A stretch of DNA of 64,000 nt from the human T2T-CHM13v2.0 reference genome, Homo sapiens. Below, one piece after another: positions 23,500 to 42,824 of the stretch. Each line of letters begins with the position of its first letter. Positions within the stretch are counted from its first letter, which is position 1. The position numbers and the translations under genes were made by a program. The notes under the pieces were generated by a model. The model worked only from the letters and a program-made list of their open reading frames with translations, was not told where the DNA came from and did not search any database. The stretch is from assembly GCF_009914755.1 (NCBI RefSeq), contig NC_060948.1. One strand, given 5' to 3'.

Positions 23500-25601
23500 A
23501 GATCCATATTTTTTAAATGAAAAAAAATTTCAAAGGTACTCTGCTTGGTACAATAATCAAATGTATAAACTGAGGAATAAAACATAACCATGAAACCTAC
23601 TTATAACTGCATATGGAAAATACAGAGGATAATTTTTTAAATAACATATTATGAAAGCCTTAACTAGTAATTTGAAGAGCTGGCATTTGAAAGGCCAGTA
23701 TGAATATACCTTCAAAGCAGCAACACAGGTTCCCCATGAGAAAAAGCAAACACAGGGAAAATAAAAACACAAAGGTTCAATCTCTTCTGACCTTTGAAAG
23801 ACACAGCACAGACAGTGGTCCTTAGGACGAAGAGCAGGAGACCCCTAATTCCGTCACCATGGCGATAGGGCATAAACATTGCTGGGTGAGGGCACAATCC
23901 ACATTGTGAGGTCCAACTGCTGCCAGGAAGACAGGAGTGCTTTTACATAGACCGAAAGGTCATTGAAGGCTCAGAGTTTTGTTTCAAGAACTGAATCCCA
24001 AGCCCACACGTTATTAGGCTGCGCTTCTTAAAACAAGTTATGAGATGGGAAAAAGGGCACCCACAAACATACGTATACATTATGTATATAATAATATACA
24101 GTATCATATATATAATATATATAACCTATGTATAATATTGTTTTACATCCTGCATCTTATGTTATATATATTGTATAAAATATAATAATTGATAATATAT
24201 AAGTTTTATAATTACACAATATGACATATAGTATATATTATAATTTATGACATATATAATATATGTTATATGTCATATATAGAATATATTATACGGTTAA
24301 TATACGTATTAAATATAAATTATACATTCTATATATTATATATAATATATCTGTTATATATAATACCCATTATGCATAATATATATATTATGTCTATGTT
24401 ATATATAGTAAAAAACAACATATAATAATATATAATTGTATATATGAAATGCGACATATAATATATATTATATTTTATAACATATGTAATATATATTATA
24501 TATTATATATAATACGTTGTATGTATAATACCTATATTAAATATATATTATATGACTATGTTATTAATTACATGTCACATGTGTTATATATTATATATTT
24601 TACATAGAATATACTGATTACATACAATATATACTATGTTACCTATAATGTATAATTTATTACCTGTAAAATAAAGAATGCAATATATTATGTAAAATTT
24701 ATAATATACCATATGTGGAATGTCATATATTTAACATATAATATATGATATATGATATACAGTATATGATATATAACATACAATATATGATTCCTAATAT
24801 ATATGGTATACAATATATATTTTATGATATGTATTCTATATGTTTTATATTCTGTTATATATAACTATTTGAAATTATATATAACTGTATAATATTTTAT
24901 GTAAATATGTAATATAATATATATAATATATAATATATTATATATAACTATATATTATGTTATATATACTTTTATAACATAATTTACATAAAATATCATA
25001 ATATAATATATTATATTATTTCATATTACATAATATATATTACATATCACCCAATATAACTAACATACATAATATTATAATATAGATTATATTATGTTAT
25101 ATTCAATATCATATATATCATGTATCATATATTCTATAATATATATTACACATTATATAATATGTATGTTGTCTATTATGTGATATATATAACTATATAT
25201 ATAATTATATTTTTATACATATAACTAGATAAACATGTAATTCTACATATTTTCATTTATAATATGTAGAATTATATAATCATATATAATTATTTATATT
25301 CTATAAAAAATTTTATCATTATATAAATTATAATATATAAAAATTATAATATGTACTACAAATATATATATTATATATCATATATGATATAGTACCTTTG
25401 TTATATATCATAATACATATAAATGTGTATTATGTTATCTATAATTATATAATTTCATATATAAGATGTATAATATGTATCATATATTACATATATTATG
25501 TAATCTATATAGTATATATAAGATGACACAGGATAAATATTATATACTATGACATATAAAATATATGAGGTTATATGTTACATATAAGGCATAGCACATA
25601 A

Positions 25602-25916
<315 letters not shown>

Positions 25917-28043
25917 AGATCCATATTTCTTAAATGAAAAAAAATTTCAAAGGTACTCTGCTTGGTACAATAATCAAATGTATAAACTGAGGAATAAAAC
26001 ATAACCATGAAACCTACTTATAACTGCATATGGAAAATACAGAGGATAATTTTTTAAATAACATATTTTGAAAGCCTTAACTAGTAATTTGAAGAGTTGG
26101 CATTTGAAAGGCCAGTATGAATATACATTCAAAGCAGCAACACAGGTTCCCCGTGAGAAAAAGCAAACACAGGGAAAATAAAAACACAAAGGTTCAATCT
26201 CTTCTGACCTTTGAAAGACACAGCACAGACAGTGGTCCTTAGGACGAAGAGCAGGAGACCCCTAATTCCGTCACCATGGCGATAGGGCATAAACATTGCT
26301 GGGTGAGGGCACAATCCACATTGTGAGGTCCAACTGCTGCCAGGAAGACAGGAGTGCTTTTACATAGACCGAAAGGTCATTGAAGGCTCAGAGTTTTGTT
26401 TCAAGAACTGAATCCCAAGCCCACACGTTATTAGGCTGCGCTTCTTAAAACAAGTTATGAGATGGGAAAAAGGGCACCCACAAACATACGTATACATTAT
26501 GTATATAATAATATACAGTATCATATATATAATATATATAACCTATGTATAATATTGTTTTACATCCTGCATCTTATGTTATATATATTGTATAAAATAT
26601 AATAATTGATAATATATAAGTTTTATAATTATACAATATGACATATAGTATATATTATAATTTATGACATATATAATATATGTTATATGTCATATATAGA
26701 ATATATTATACGGTTAATATACGTATTAAATATAAATTATACATTCTATATATTATATATAATATATCTGTTATATATAATACCCATTATGCATAATATA
26801 TATATTATGTCTATGTTATATATAGTATAAAACAACATATAATAATATATAATTGTATATATGAAATGCGACATATAATATATATTATATTTTATAACAT
26901 ATGTAATATATATTATATATTATATATAATACGTTGTATGTATAATACCTATATTAAATATATATTATATGACTATGTTATTAATTACATGTCACATGTG
27001 TTATATATTATATATTTTACATAGAATATACTGATTACATACAATATATACTATGTTACCTATAATGTATAATTTATTACCTGTAAAATAAAGAATGCAA
27101 TATATTATGTAAAATTTATAATATACCATATGTGGAATGTCATATATTTAACATATAATATATGATATATGATATACAGTATATGATATATAACATACAA
27201 TATATGATTCCTAATATATATGGTATACAATATATATTTTATGATATGTATTCTATATGTTTTATATTCTGTTATATATAACTATTTGAAATTATATATA
27301 ACTGTATAATATTTTATGTAAATATGTAATATAATATATATAATATATAATATATTATATATAACTATATATTATGTTATATATACTTTTATAACATAAT
27401 TTACATAAAATATCATAATATAATATATATTATATTATTTCATATTACATAATATATATTACATATCACCCAATATAACTAACATACATAATATTATAAT
27501 ATAGATTATATTATGTTATATTAAATATCATATATATCATGTATCATATATTCTATAATATATATTACACATTATATAATATGTATGTTGTCTATTATGT
27601 GATATATATAACTATATATATAATTATATTTTTATACATATAACTAGATAAACATGTAATTCTACATATTTTCATTTATAATATGTAGAATTATATAATC
27701 ATATATAATTATTTATATTCTATAAAAAATTTTATCATTATATAAATTATAATATATAAAAATTATAATATGTACTACAAATATATATATTATATATCAT
27801 ATATGATATAGTACCTTTGTTATATATCATAATACATATAAATGTGTATTATGTTATCTATAATTATATAATTTCATATATAAGATGTATAATATGTATC
27901 ATATATTACATATGTTATGTAATATATATAGTATATATAAGATGACACAGGATAAATATTATATACTATGACATATAAAATATATGAGGTTATATGTTAC
28001 ATATAAGGCATAGCACATAACATGTAATATATATCATATATAA

Positions 28044-28335
28044 TTTTTTTTTAGACAGAATCTTGTCCTGTTGCACAGGGTCGGGTACAATGGCGCCATC
28101 TTTGCTCACTGCAACTTCTGCCTCACGGGTCCAAGCGATTGTCCTCCCTCAGCCTCCCAGGTAGCTGGGACTACACCACACTGGGACTACACCAGCTGCC
28201 ACCATGCCTAGCTAATTTTTTGGATTTTTAGTAGTGACAGCGTTTCACTGTATTGGCCAGGATGGTCTTGATCTCTTCACCTTGTGATCCCCTTGCCTTG
28301 GCCTCCAAATTTGCTGGGATTACAGGCCTGAGCCA
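28044..28335 (-). mobile_element. Alu SINE, unit 12
   Basis: Copy of the unit-1 Alu; GGGTCGGG variant. Confidence 0.93.
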
Positions 28336-30436
28336 AGATCCATATTTTTTAAATGAAAAAAAATTTCAAAGGTACTCTGCTTGGTACAATAATCAAATGT
28401 ATAAACTGAGGAATAAAACATAACCATGAAACCTACTTATAACTGCATATGGAAAATACAGAGGATAATTTTTTAAATAACATATTTTGAAAGCCTTAAC
28501 TAGTAATTTGAAGAGTTGGCATTTGAAAGGCCAGTATGAATATACCTTCAAAGCAGCAACACAGGTTCCCCGTGAGAAAAAGCAAACACAGGGAAAATAA
28601 AAACACAAAGGTTCAATCTCTTCTGACCTTTGAAAGACACAGCACAGACAGTGGTCCTTAGGACGAAGAGCAGGAGACCCCTAATTCCGTCACCATGGCG
28701 ATAGGGCATAAACATTGCTGGGTGAGGGCACAATCCACATTGTGAGGTCCAACTGCTGCCAGGAAGACAGGAGTGCTTTTACATAGACCGAAAGGTCATT
28801 GAAGGCTCAGAGTTTTGTTTCAAGAACTGAATCCCAAGCCCACACGTTATTAGGCTGCGCTTCTTAAAACAAGTTATGAGATGGGAAAAAGGGCACCCAC
28901 AAACATACGTATACATTATGTATATAATAATATACAGTATCATATATATAATATATATAACCTATGTATAATATTGTTTTACATCCTGCATCTTATGTTA
29001 TATGTATTGTATAAAATATAATAATTGATAATATATAAGTTTTATAATTATACAATATGACATATAGTATATATTATAATTTATGACATATATAATATAT
29101 GTTATATGTCATATATAGAATATATTATACGGTTAATATACGTATTAAATATAAATTATACATTCTATATATTATATATAATATATCTGTTATATATAAT
29201 ACCCATTATGCATAATATATATATTATGTCTATGTTATATATAGTATAAAACAACATATAATAATATATAATTGTATATATAAAATGCGACATATAATAT
29301 ATATTATATTTTATAACATATGAAATATATATTATATATTATATATAATACGTTGTATGTATAATACCTATATTAAATATATATTATATGACTATGTTAT
29401 TAATTACATGTCACATGTGTTATATATTATATATTTTACATAGAATATACCGTTTACATACAATATATACTATGTTACCTATAATGTATTATTTATTACA
29501 TGTAAAATAAAGAATGCAATATATTATGTATAATTTATAATATACCATATGTGGAATGTCATATATATAACATATAATATATGATATATGATATACAGTA
29601 TATGATATATAACATACAATATATGATTCCTAATACATATGGTATACAATATATATTTTATGATATGTATTCTATATGTTTTATATTCTGTTATATATAA
29701 CTATTTGAAATTATATATAACTGTATAATATTTTATGTAAATATGTAATATAATATATATAACTATATAATATATTATATATAACTATATATTATGTTAT
29801 ATATACTTTTATAACATAATTTACATAAAATATCATAATATAATATATATTATATTATTTCATATTACATAATATATATTACATATCACCCAATATAACT
29901 AACATACATAATATTATAATATAGATTATATTATGTTATATTAAATATCATCTATATCATGTATCATATATTCTATAATATATATTGCACATTATATAAT
30001 ATGTGTGTTGTCTATTATGTGATATATATAACTCTATATATAATTATATTTTTATACATATAACTAGATAAACATGTAATTCTACATATTTTCATTTATA
30101 ATATGTAGAATTATATAATCATGTATAATTATATTGTATAAAAAATTTTATCATTATATAAATTATAATATATAAAAATTATAATATGTACTACAAATAT
30201 ATATATTATATATCATATATGATATAGTACCTTTGTTATATATCATAATACATATAAATGTGTATTATGTTATCTATAATTATATAATTTCATATATAAG
30301 ATGTATAATATGTATCATATATTATATATGTTATGTAATATATGTAGTATATATAAGATGACACAGGATAAATATTATATACTATGACATATAAAATATA
30401 TGAGGTTATATGTTACATATAAGGCATAGCACATAA

Positions 30437-30751
<315 letters not shown>

Positions 30752-32851
30752 AGATCCATATTTTTTAAATGAAAAAAAATTTCAAAGGTACTCTGCTTGG
30801 TACAATAATCAAATGTATAAACTGAGGAATAAAACATAACCATGAAACCTACTTATAACTGCATATGGAAAATACAGAGGATAATTTTTTAAATAACATA
30901 TTATGAAAGCCTTAACTAGTAATTTGAAGAGCTGGCATTTGAAATGCCAGTATGAATATACCTTCAAAGCAGCAACACAGGTTCCCCATGAGAAAAAGCA
31001 AACACAGGGAAAATAAAAACACAAAGGTTCAATCTCTTCTGACCTTTGAAAGACACAGCACAGACAGTGGTCCTTAGGACGAAGAGCAGGAGACCCCTAA
31101 TTCCGTCACCATGGCGATAGGGCATAAACATTGCTGGGTGAGGGCACAATCCACATTGTGAGGTCCAACTGCTGCCAGGAAGACAGGAGTGCTTTTACAT
31201 AGACCGAAAGGTCATTGAAGGCTCCGAGTTTTGTTTCAAGAACTGAATCCCAAGCCCACACGTTATTAGGCTGCGCTTCTTAAAACAAGTTATGAGATGG
31301 GAAAAAGGGCACCCACAAACATACGTATACATTATGTATATAATAATATACAGTATCATATATATAATATATATAACCTATGTATAATATTGTTTTACAT
31401 CCTGCATCTTATGTTATATATATTGTATAAAATATAATAATTGATAATATATAAGTTTTATAATTATACAGTAAGACATATAGTATATATTATAATTTAT
31501 GACATATGTAATATATGTTATAAGTCATATATAGAATATATTATACGGTTAATATACGTATTAAATATAAATTATACATTATATATATTATATATAATAT
31601 ATCTGTTATATATAATACCCATTATGCATAATATATATATTATGTCTATGTTATATATAGTATAAAACAACATATAATAATATATAATTGTATATATAAA
31701 ATGCGACATATAATATATATTATATTTTATAACATATGTAATATATATTATATATAATACGTTGTATGTATAATACCTATATTAAATATATATTATATGA
31801 CTATGTTATTAATTACTTGTCACATGTGTTATATATTATATATTTTACATAGAATATACCGGTTACATACAATATATACTATGTTACCTATAATGTATAA
31901 TTTATTACATGTAAAATAAAGAATGCAATATATTATGTATAATTTATAATATACAATATGTGGAATGTGATATATGTAACATATAATATATGATATATGA
32001 TATACAGTATATGATATATAACATACAATATATGATTCCTAATATATATGGTATACAATATATATTTTATGATATGTATTCTATATGTTTTATATTCTGT
32101 TATATATAACTATTTGAAATTATATATAACTGTATAATATTTTATGTAAATATGTAATATAATATATATAACTATATAATATATTATATATAACTATATA
32201 TTATGTTATATATACTTTTATAACATAATTTACATAAAATATCATAATATAATATATATTATAATATTTCATATTACATAATATATATTACATATCACCC
32301 AATATAACTAACATACATAATATTATAATATAGATTATATTATGTTATATTAAATATCATATATATCATGTATCATATATTCTATAATATATATTACACA
32401 TTATATAATATGTATGTTGTCTATTATGTGATATATATAACTATATATATAATTATATTTTTATACATATAACCGGATAAACATGTAATTCTACATATTT
32501 TCATTTATAATATGTAGAATTATATAATCATATATAATTATTTATATTCTATAAAAAATTTTATCATTATATAAATTATAATATATAAAAATTATAATAT
32601 GTACTACAAATATATATATATTATATATCATATATGATATAGTACCTTTGTTATATATCATAATACATATAAATGTGTATTATGTTATCTATAATTATAT
32701 AATTTCATATATAAGATGTATAATATGTATCATATATTATATATGTTATGTAATATATATAGTATATATAAGATGACACAGGATAAATATTATATACTAT
32801 GACATATAAAATATATGAGGTTATATGTTACATATAAGGCAAAGCACATAA

Positions 32852-33166
<315 letters not shown>

Positions 33167-35266
33167 AGATCCATATTTTTTAAATGAAAAAAAATTTCAA
33201 AGGTACTCTGCTTGGTACAATAATCAAATGTATAAACTGAGGAATAAAACATAACCATGAAACCTACTAATAACTGCATATGGAAAATACAGAGGATAAT
33301 TTTTTAAATAACATATTTTGAAAGCCTTAACTAGTAATTTGAAGAGTTGGCATTTGAAAGGCCAGTATGAATATACCTTCAAAGCAGCAACACAGGTTCC
33401 CCATGAGAAAAAGCAAACACAGGGAAAATAAAAACACAAAGGTTCAATCTCTTCTGACCTTTGAAAGACACAGCACAGACAGTGGTCCTTAGGACGAAGA
33501 GCAGGAGACCCCTAATTCCGTCACCATGGCGATAGGGCATAAACATTGCTGGGTGAGGGCACAATCCACATTGTGAGGTCCAACTGCTGCCAGGAAGACA
33601 GGAGTGCTTTTACATAGACCGAAAGATCATTGAAGGCTCAGAGTTTTGTTTCAAGAACTGAATCCCAAGCCCACACGTTATTAGGCTGCGCTTCTTAAAA
33701 CAAGTTATGAGATGGGAAAAAGGGCACCCACAAACATACGTATACATTATGTATATAATAATATACAGTATCATATATATAATATATATAACCTATGTAT
33801 AATATTGTTTTACATCCTGCTTCCTATGTTATATATATTGTATAAAATATAATAATTGATAATATATAAGTTTTATAATTATACAATATGACATATAGTA
33901 TATATTATAATTTATGACATATATAATATATGTTATATATCATATATAGAATATATTATACGGTTAATATACGTATTAAATATAAATTATACATTATATA
34001 TATTATATATAATATATCTGTTATATATAATACCCATTATGCATAATATATATATTATGTCTATGTTATATATAGTATAAAACAACATATAATAATATAT
34101 AATTGTATATATAAAATGCGACATATAATATATATTATATTTTATAACATATGTAATATATATTATATATAATACGTTGTATGTATAATACCTATATTAA
34201 ATATATATTATATGACTATGTTATTAATTACATGTCACATGTGTTATATATTATATATTTTACATAGAATATACTGGTTACATACAATATATACTATGTT
34301 ACCTATAATGTATAATTTATTACATGTAAAATAAAGAATGCAATATATTATGTATAATTTATAATATACAATATGTGGAATGTGATATATGTAACATATA
34401 ATATATGATATATGATATACAGTATATGATATATAACATACAATATATGATTCCTAATATATATGGTATACAATATATATTTTATGATATGTATTCTATA
34501 TGTTTTATATTCTGTTATATATAACTATTTGAAATTATATATAACTGTATAATATTTTATGTAAATATGTAATATAATATATATAACTATATAATATATT
34601 ATATATAACTATATATTATGTTATATATACTTTTATAACATAATTTACATAAAATATCATAATATAATATATATTATAATATTTCATATTACATAATATA
34701 TATTACATATCACCCAATATAACTAACATACATAATATTATAATATAGATTATATTATGTTATATTAAATATCATATATATCATGTATCATATATTCTAT
34801 AATATATATTACACATTATATAATATGTATGTTGTCTATTATGTGATATATATAACTATATATATAATTATATTTTTATACATATAACTAGATAAACATG
34901 TAATTCTACGTATTTTCATTTATAATATGTAGAATTATATAATCATATATAATTATTTATATTCTATAAAAAATTTTATCATTATATAAATTATAATATA
35001 TAAAAATTATAATATGTACTACAAATATATATATATTATATATCATATATGATATAGTACCTTTGTTATATATCATAATACATATAAATGTGTATTATGT
35101 TATCTATAATTATATAATTTCATATATAAGATGTATAATATGTATCATATATTATATATGTTATGTAATATATATAGTATATATAAGATGACACAGGATA
35201 AATATTATATACTATGACATATAAAATATATGAGGTTATATGTTACATATAAGGCATAGCACATAA

Positions 35267-35581
<315 letters not shown>

Positions 35582-37680
35582 AGATCCATATTTTTTAAAT
35601 GAAAAAAAATTTCAAAGGTACTCTGCTTGGTACAATAATCAAATGTATAAACTGAGGAATAAAACATAACCATGAAACCTACTTATAACTGCATATGGAA
35701 AATACAGAGGATAATTTTTTAAATAACATATTTTGAAAGCCTTAACTAGTAATTTGAAGAGTTGGCATTTGAAAGGCCAGTATGAATATACCTTCAAAGC
35801 AGCAACACAGGTTCCCCATGAGAAAAAGCAAACACAGGGAAAATAAAAACACAAAGGTTCAATCTCTTCTGACCTTTGAAAGACACAGCACAGACAGTGG
35901 TCCTTAGGACGAAGAGCAGGAGACCCCTAATTCCGTCACCATGGCGATAGGGCATAAACATTGCTGGGTGAGGGCACAATCCACATTGTGAGGTCCAACT
36001 GCTGCCAGGAAGACAGGAGTGCTTTTACATAGACCGAAAGGTCATTGAAGGCTCAGAGTTTTGTTTCAAGAACTGAATCCCAAGCCCACACGTGATTAGG
36101 CTGCGCTTCTTAAAACAAGTTATGAGATGGGAAAAAGGGCACCCACAAACATACGTATACATAATGTATATAATAATATACAGTATCATATATATAATAT
36201 ATATAACCTATGTATAATATTGTTTTACATCCTGCATCCTATGTTATATATATTGTATAAAATATAATAATTGATAATATATAATTTTATAATTATACAA
36301 TATGACATATAGTATATATTATAATTTATGACATATATAATATATGTTATATATCATATATAGAATATATTATACGGTTAATATACGTATTAAATATAAA
36401 TTATACATTATATATATTATATATAATATATCTGTTATATATAATACCCATTATGCATAATATATATATTATGTCTATGTTATATATAGTATAAAACAAC
36501 ATATAATAATATATAATTGTATATATAAAATGCGACATATAATATATATTATATTTTATAACATATGTAATATATATTATATATAATACGTTGTATGTAT
36601 AATACCTATATTAAATATATATTATATGACTATGTTATTAATTACATGTCACATGTGTTATATATTATATATTTTACATAGAATATACCGGTTACATACA
36701 ATATATACTATGTTACCTATAATGTATAATTTATTACATGTAAAATAAAGAATGCAATATATTATGTAAAATTTATAATATACAATATGTGGAATGTGAT
36801 ATATATAACATATAATATATGATATATGATATACAGTATATGATATATAACATACAATATATGATTCCTAATATATATGGTATACAATATATATTTTATG
36901 ATATGTATTCTATATGTTTTATATTCTGTTATATATAACTATTTGAAATTATATATAACTGTATAATATTTTATGTAAATATGAAATATAATATATATAA
37001 CTATATAATATATTATATATAACTATATATTATGTTATATATACTTTTATAACATAATTTACATAAAATATCATAATATAATATATATTATAATATTTCA
37101 TATTACATAATATATATTACATATCACCCAATATAACTAACATACATAATATTATAATATAGATTATATTATGTTATATTAAATATCATATATATCATGT
37201 ATCATATATTCTATAATATATATTACACATTATATAATATGTATGTTGTCTATTATGTGATATATATAACTATATATATAATTATATTTTTATACATATA
37301 ACTGGATAAACATGTAATTCTACATATTTTCATTTATAATATGTAGAATTATATAATCATATATAATTATTTATATTCTATAAAAAATTTTATCATTATA
37401 TAAATTATAATATATAAAAATTATAATATGTACTACAAATATATATATATTATATATCATATATGATATAGTACCTTTGTTATATATCATAATACATATA
37501 AATGTGTATTATGTTATCTATAATTATATAATTTCATATATAAGATGTATAATATGTATCATATATTATATATGTTATGTAATATATATAGTATATATAA
37601 GATGACACAGGATAAATATTATATACTATGACATATAAAATATATGAGGTTATATGTTACATATAAGGCAAAGCACATAA

Positions 37681-37995
<315 letters not shown>

Positions 37996-40095
37996 AGATC
38001 CATATTTTTTAAATGAAAAAAAATTTCAAAGGTACTCTGCTTGGTACAATAATCAAATGTATAAACTGAGGAATAAAACATAACCATGAAACCTACTTAT
38101 AACTGCATATGGAAAATACAGAGGATAATTTTTTAAATAACATATTTTGAAAGCCTTAACTAGTAATTTGAAGAGTTGGCATTTGAAAGGCCAGTATGAA
38201 TATACCTTCAAAGCAGCAACACAGGTTCCCCATGAGAAAAAGCAAACACAGGGAAAATAAAAACACAAAGGTTCAATCTCTTCTGACCTTTGAAAGACAC
38301 AGCACAGACAGTGGTCCTTAGGACGAAGAGCAGGAGACCCCTAATTCCGTCACCATGGCGATAGGGCATAAACATTGCTGGGTGAGGGCACAATCCACAT
38401 TGTGAGGTCCAACTGCTGCCAGGAAGACAGGAGTGCTTTTACATAGACCGAAAGGTCATTGAAGGCTCAGAGTTTTGTTTCAAGAACTGAATCCCAAGCC
38501 CACACGTTATTAGGCTGCGCTTCTTAAAACAAGTTATGAGATGGGAAAAAGGGCACCCACAAACATACGTATACATTATGTATATAATAATATACAGTAT
38601 CATATATATAATATATATAACCTATGTATAATATTGTTTTACATCCTGCATCCTATGTTATATATATTGTATAAAATATAATAATTGATAATATATAAGT
38701 TTTATAATTATACAATATGACATATAGTATATATTATAATTTATGACATATATAATATATGTTATATATCATATATAGAATATATTATACGGTTAATATA
38801 CGTATTAAATATAAATTATACATTATATATATTATATATAATATATCTGTTATATATAATACCCATTATGCATAATATATATATTATGTCTATGTTATAT
38901 ATAGTATAAAACAACATATAATAATATATAATTGTATATATAAAATGCGACATATAATATATATTATATTTTATAACATATGTAATATATATTATATATA
39001 ATACGTTGTATGTATAATACCTATATTAAATATATATTATATGACTATGTTATTAATTACTTGTCACATGTGTTATATATTATATATTTTACATAGAATA
39101 TACCGGTTACATACAATATATACTATGTTACCTATAATGTATAATTTATTACATGTAAAATAAAGAATGCAATATATTATGTATAATTTATAATATACAA
39201 TATGTGGAATGTGATATATGTAACATATAATATATGATATATGATATACAGTATATGATATATAACATACAATATATGATTCCTAATATATATGGTATAC
39301 AATATATATTTTATGATATGTATTCTATATGTTTTATATTCTGTTATATATAACTATTTGAAATTATATATAACTGTATAATATTTTATGTAAATATGTA
39401 ATATAATATATATAACTATATAATATATTATATATAACTATATATTATGTTATATATACTTTTATAACATAATTTACATAAAATATCATAATATAATATA
39501 TATTATAATATTTCATATTACATAATATATATTACATATCACCCAATATAACTAACATACATAATATTATAATATAGATTATATTATGTTATATTAAATA
39601 TCATATATATCATGTATCATATATTCTATAATATATATTACACATTATATAATATGTATGTTGTCTATTATGTGATATATATAACTATATATATAATTAT
39701 ATTTTTATACATATAACTGGATAAACATGTAATTCTACATATTTTCATTTATAATATGTAGAATTATATAATCATATATAATTATTTATATTCTATAAAA
39801 AATTTTATCATTATATAAATTATAATATATAAAAATTATAATATGTACTACAAATATATATATATTATATATCATATATGATATAGTACCTTTGTTATAT
39901 ATCATAATACATATAAATGTGTATTATGTTATCTATAATTATATAATTTCATATATAAGATGTATAATATGTATCATATATTATATATGTTATGTAATAT
40001 ATATAGTATATATAAGATGACACAGGATAAATATTATATACTATGACATATAAAATATATGAGGTTATATGTTACATATAAGGCAAAGCACATAA

Positions 40096-40410
<315 letters not shown>

Positions 40411-42509
40411 AGATCCATATTTTTTAAATGAAAAAAAATTTCAAAGGTACTCTGCTTGGTACAATAATCAAATGTATAAACTGAGGAATAAAACATAACC
40501 ATGAAACCTACTATAACTGCATATGGAAAATACAGAGGATAATTTTTTAAATAACATATTTTGAAAGCCTTAACTAGTAATTTGAAGAGTTGGCATTTGA
40601 AAGGCCAGTATGAATATACCTTCAAAGCAGCAACACAGGTTCCCCATGAGAAAAAGCAAACACAGGGAAAATAAAAACACAAAGGTTCAATCTCTTCTGA
40701 CCTTTGAAAGACACAGCACAGACAGTGGTCCTTAGGACGAAGAGCAGGAGACCCCTAATTCCGTCACCATGGCGATAGGGCATAAACATTGCTGGGTGAG
40801 GGCACAATCCACATTGTGAGGTCCAACTGCTGCCAGGAAGACAGGAGTGCTTTTACATAGACCGAAAGGTCATTGAAGGCTCAGAGTTTTGTTTCAAGAA
40901 CTGAATCCCAAGCCCACACGTTATTAGGCTGCGCTTCTTAAAACAAGTTATGAGATGGGAAAAAGGGCACCCACAAACATACGTATACATTATGTATATA
41001 ATAATATACAGTATCATATATATAATATATATAACCTATGTATAATATTGTTTTACATCCTGCTTCCTATGTTATATATATTGTATAAAATATAATAATT
41101 GATAATATATAAGTTTTATAATTATACAATATGACATATAGTATATATTATAATTTATGACATATATAATATATGTTATATATCATATATAGAATATATT
41201 ATACGGTTAATATACGTATTAAATATAAATTATACATTCTATATATTATATATAATATATCTGTTATATATAATACCCATTATGCATAATATATATATTA
41301 TGTCTATGTTATATATAGTATAAAACAACATATAATAATATATAATTGTATATATAAAATGCGACATATAATATATATTATATTTTATAACATATGTAAT
41401 ATATATTATATATAATACGTTGTATGTATAATACCTATATTAAATATATATTATATGACTATGTTATTAATTACATGTCACATGTGTTATATATTATATA
41501 TTTTACATAGAATATACTGGTTACATACAATATATACTATGTTACCTATAATGTATAATTTATTACATGTAAAATAAAGAATGCAATATATTATGTATAA
41601 TTTATAATATACAATATGTGGAATGTGATATATGTAACATATAATATATGATATATGATATACAGTATATGATATATAACATACAATATATGATTCCTAA
41701 TATATATGGTATACAATATATATTTTATGATATGTATTCTATATGTTTTATATTCTGTTATATATAACTATTTGAAATTATATATAACTGTATAATATTT
41801 TATGTAAATATGTAATATAATATATATAACTATATAATATATTATATATAACTATATATTATGTTATATATACTTTTATAACATAATTTACATAAAATAT
41901 CATAATATAATATATATTATAATATTTCATATTACATAATATATATTACATATCACCCAATATAACTAACATACATAATATTATAATATAGATTATATTA
42001 TGTTATATTAAATATCATATATATCATGTATCATATATTCTATAATATATATTACACATTATATAATATGTATGTTGTCTATTATGTGATATATATAACT
42101 ATATATATAATTATATTTTTATACATATAACTAGATAAACATGTAATTCTACATATTTTCATTTATAATATGTAGAATTATATAATCATATATAATTATT
42201 TATATTCTATAAAAAATTTTATCATTATATAAATTATAATATATAAAAATTATAATATGTACTACAAATATATATATATTATATATCATATATGATATAG
42301 TACCTTTGTTATATATCATAATACATATAAATGTGTATTATGTTATCTATAATTATATAATTTCATATATAAGATGTATAATATGTATCATATATTATAT
42401 ATGTTATGTAATATATATAGTATATATAAGATGACACAGGATAAATATTATATACTATGACATATAAAATATATGAGGTTATATGTTACATATAAGGCAT
42501 AGCACATAA

Positions 42510-42824
<315 letters not shown>

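Noticed and set aside
31441-31665. 74-aa plus-strand Ile/Tyr-rich ORF
   Set aside because: Translation of TA-rich low-complexity sequence, open only because of private substitutions in unit 14.
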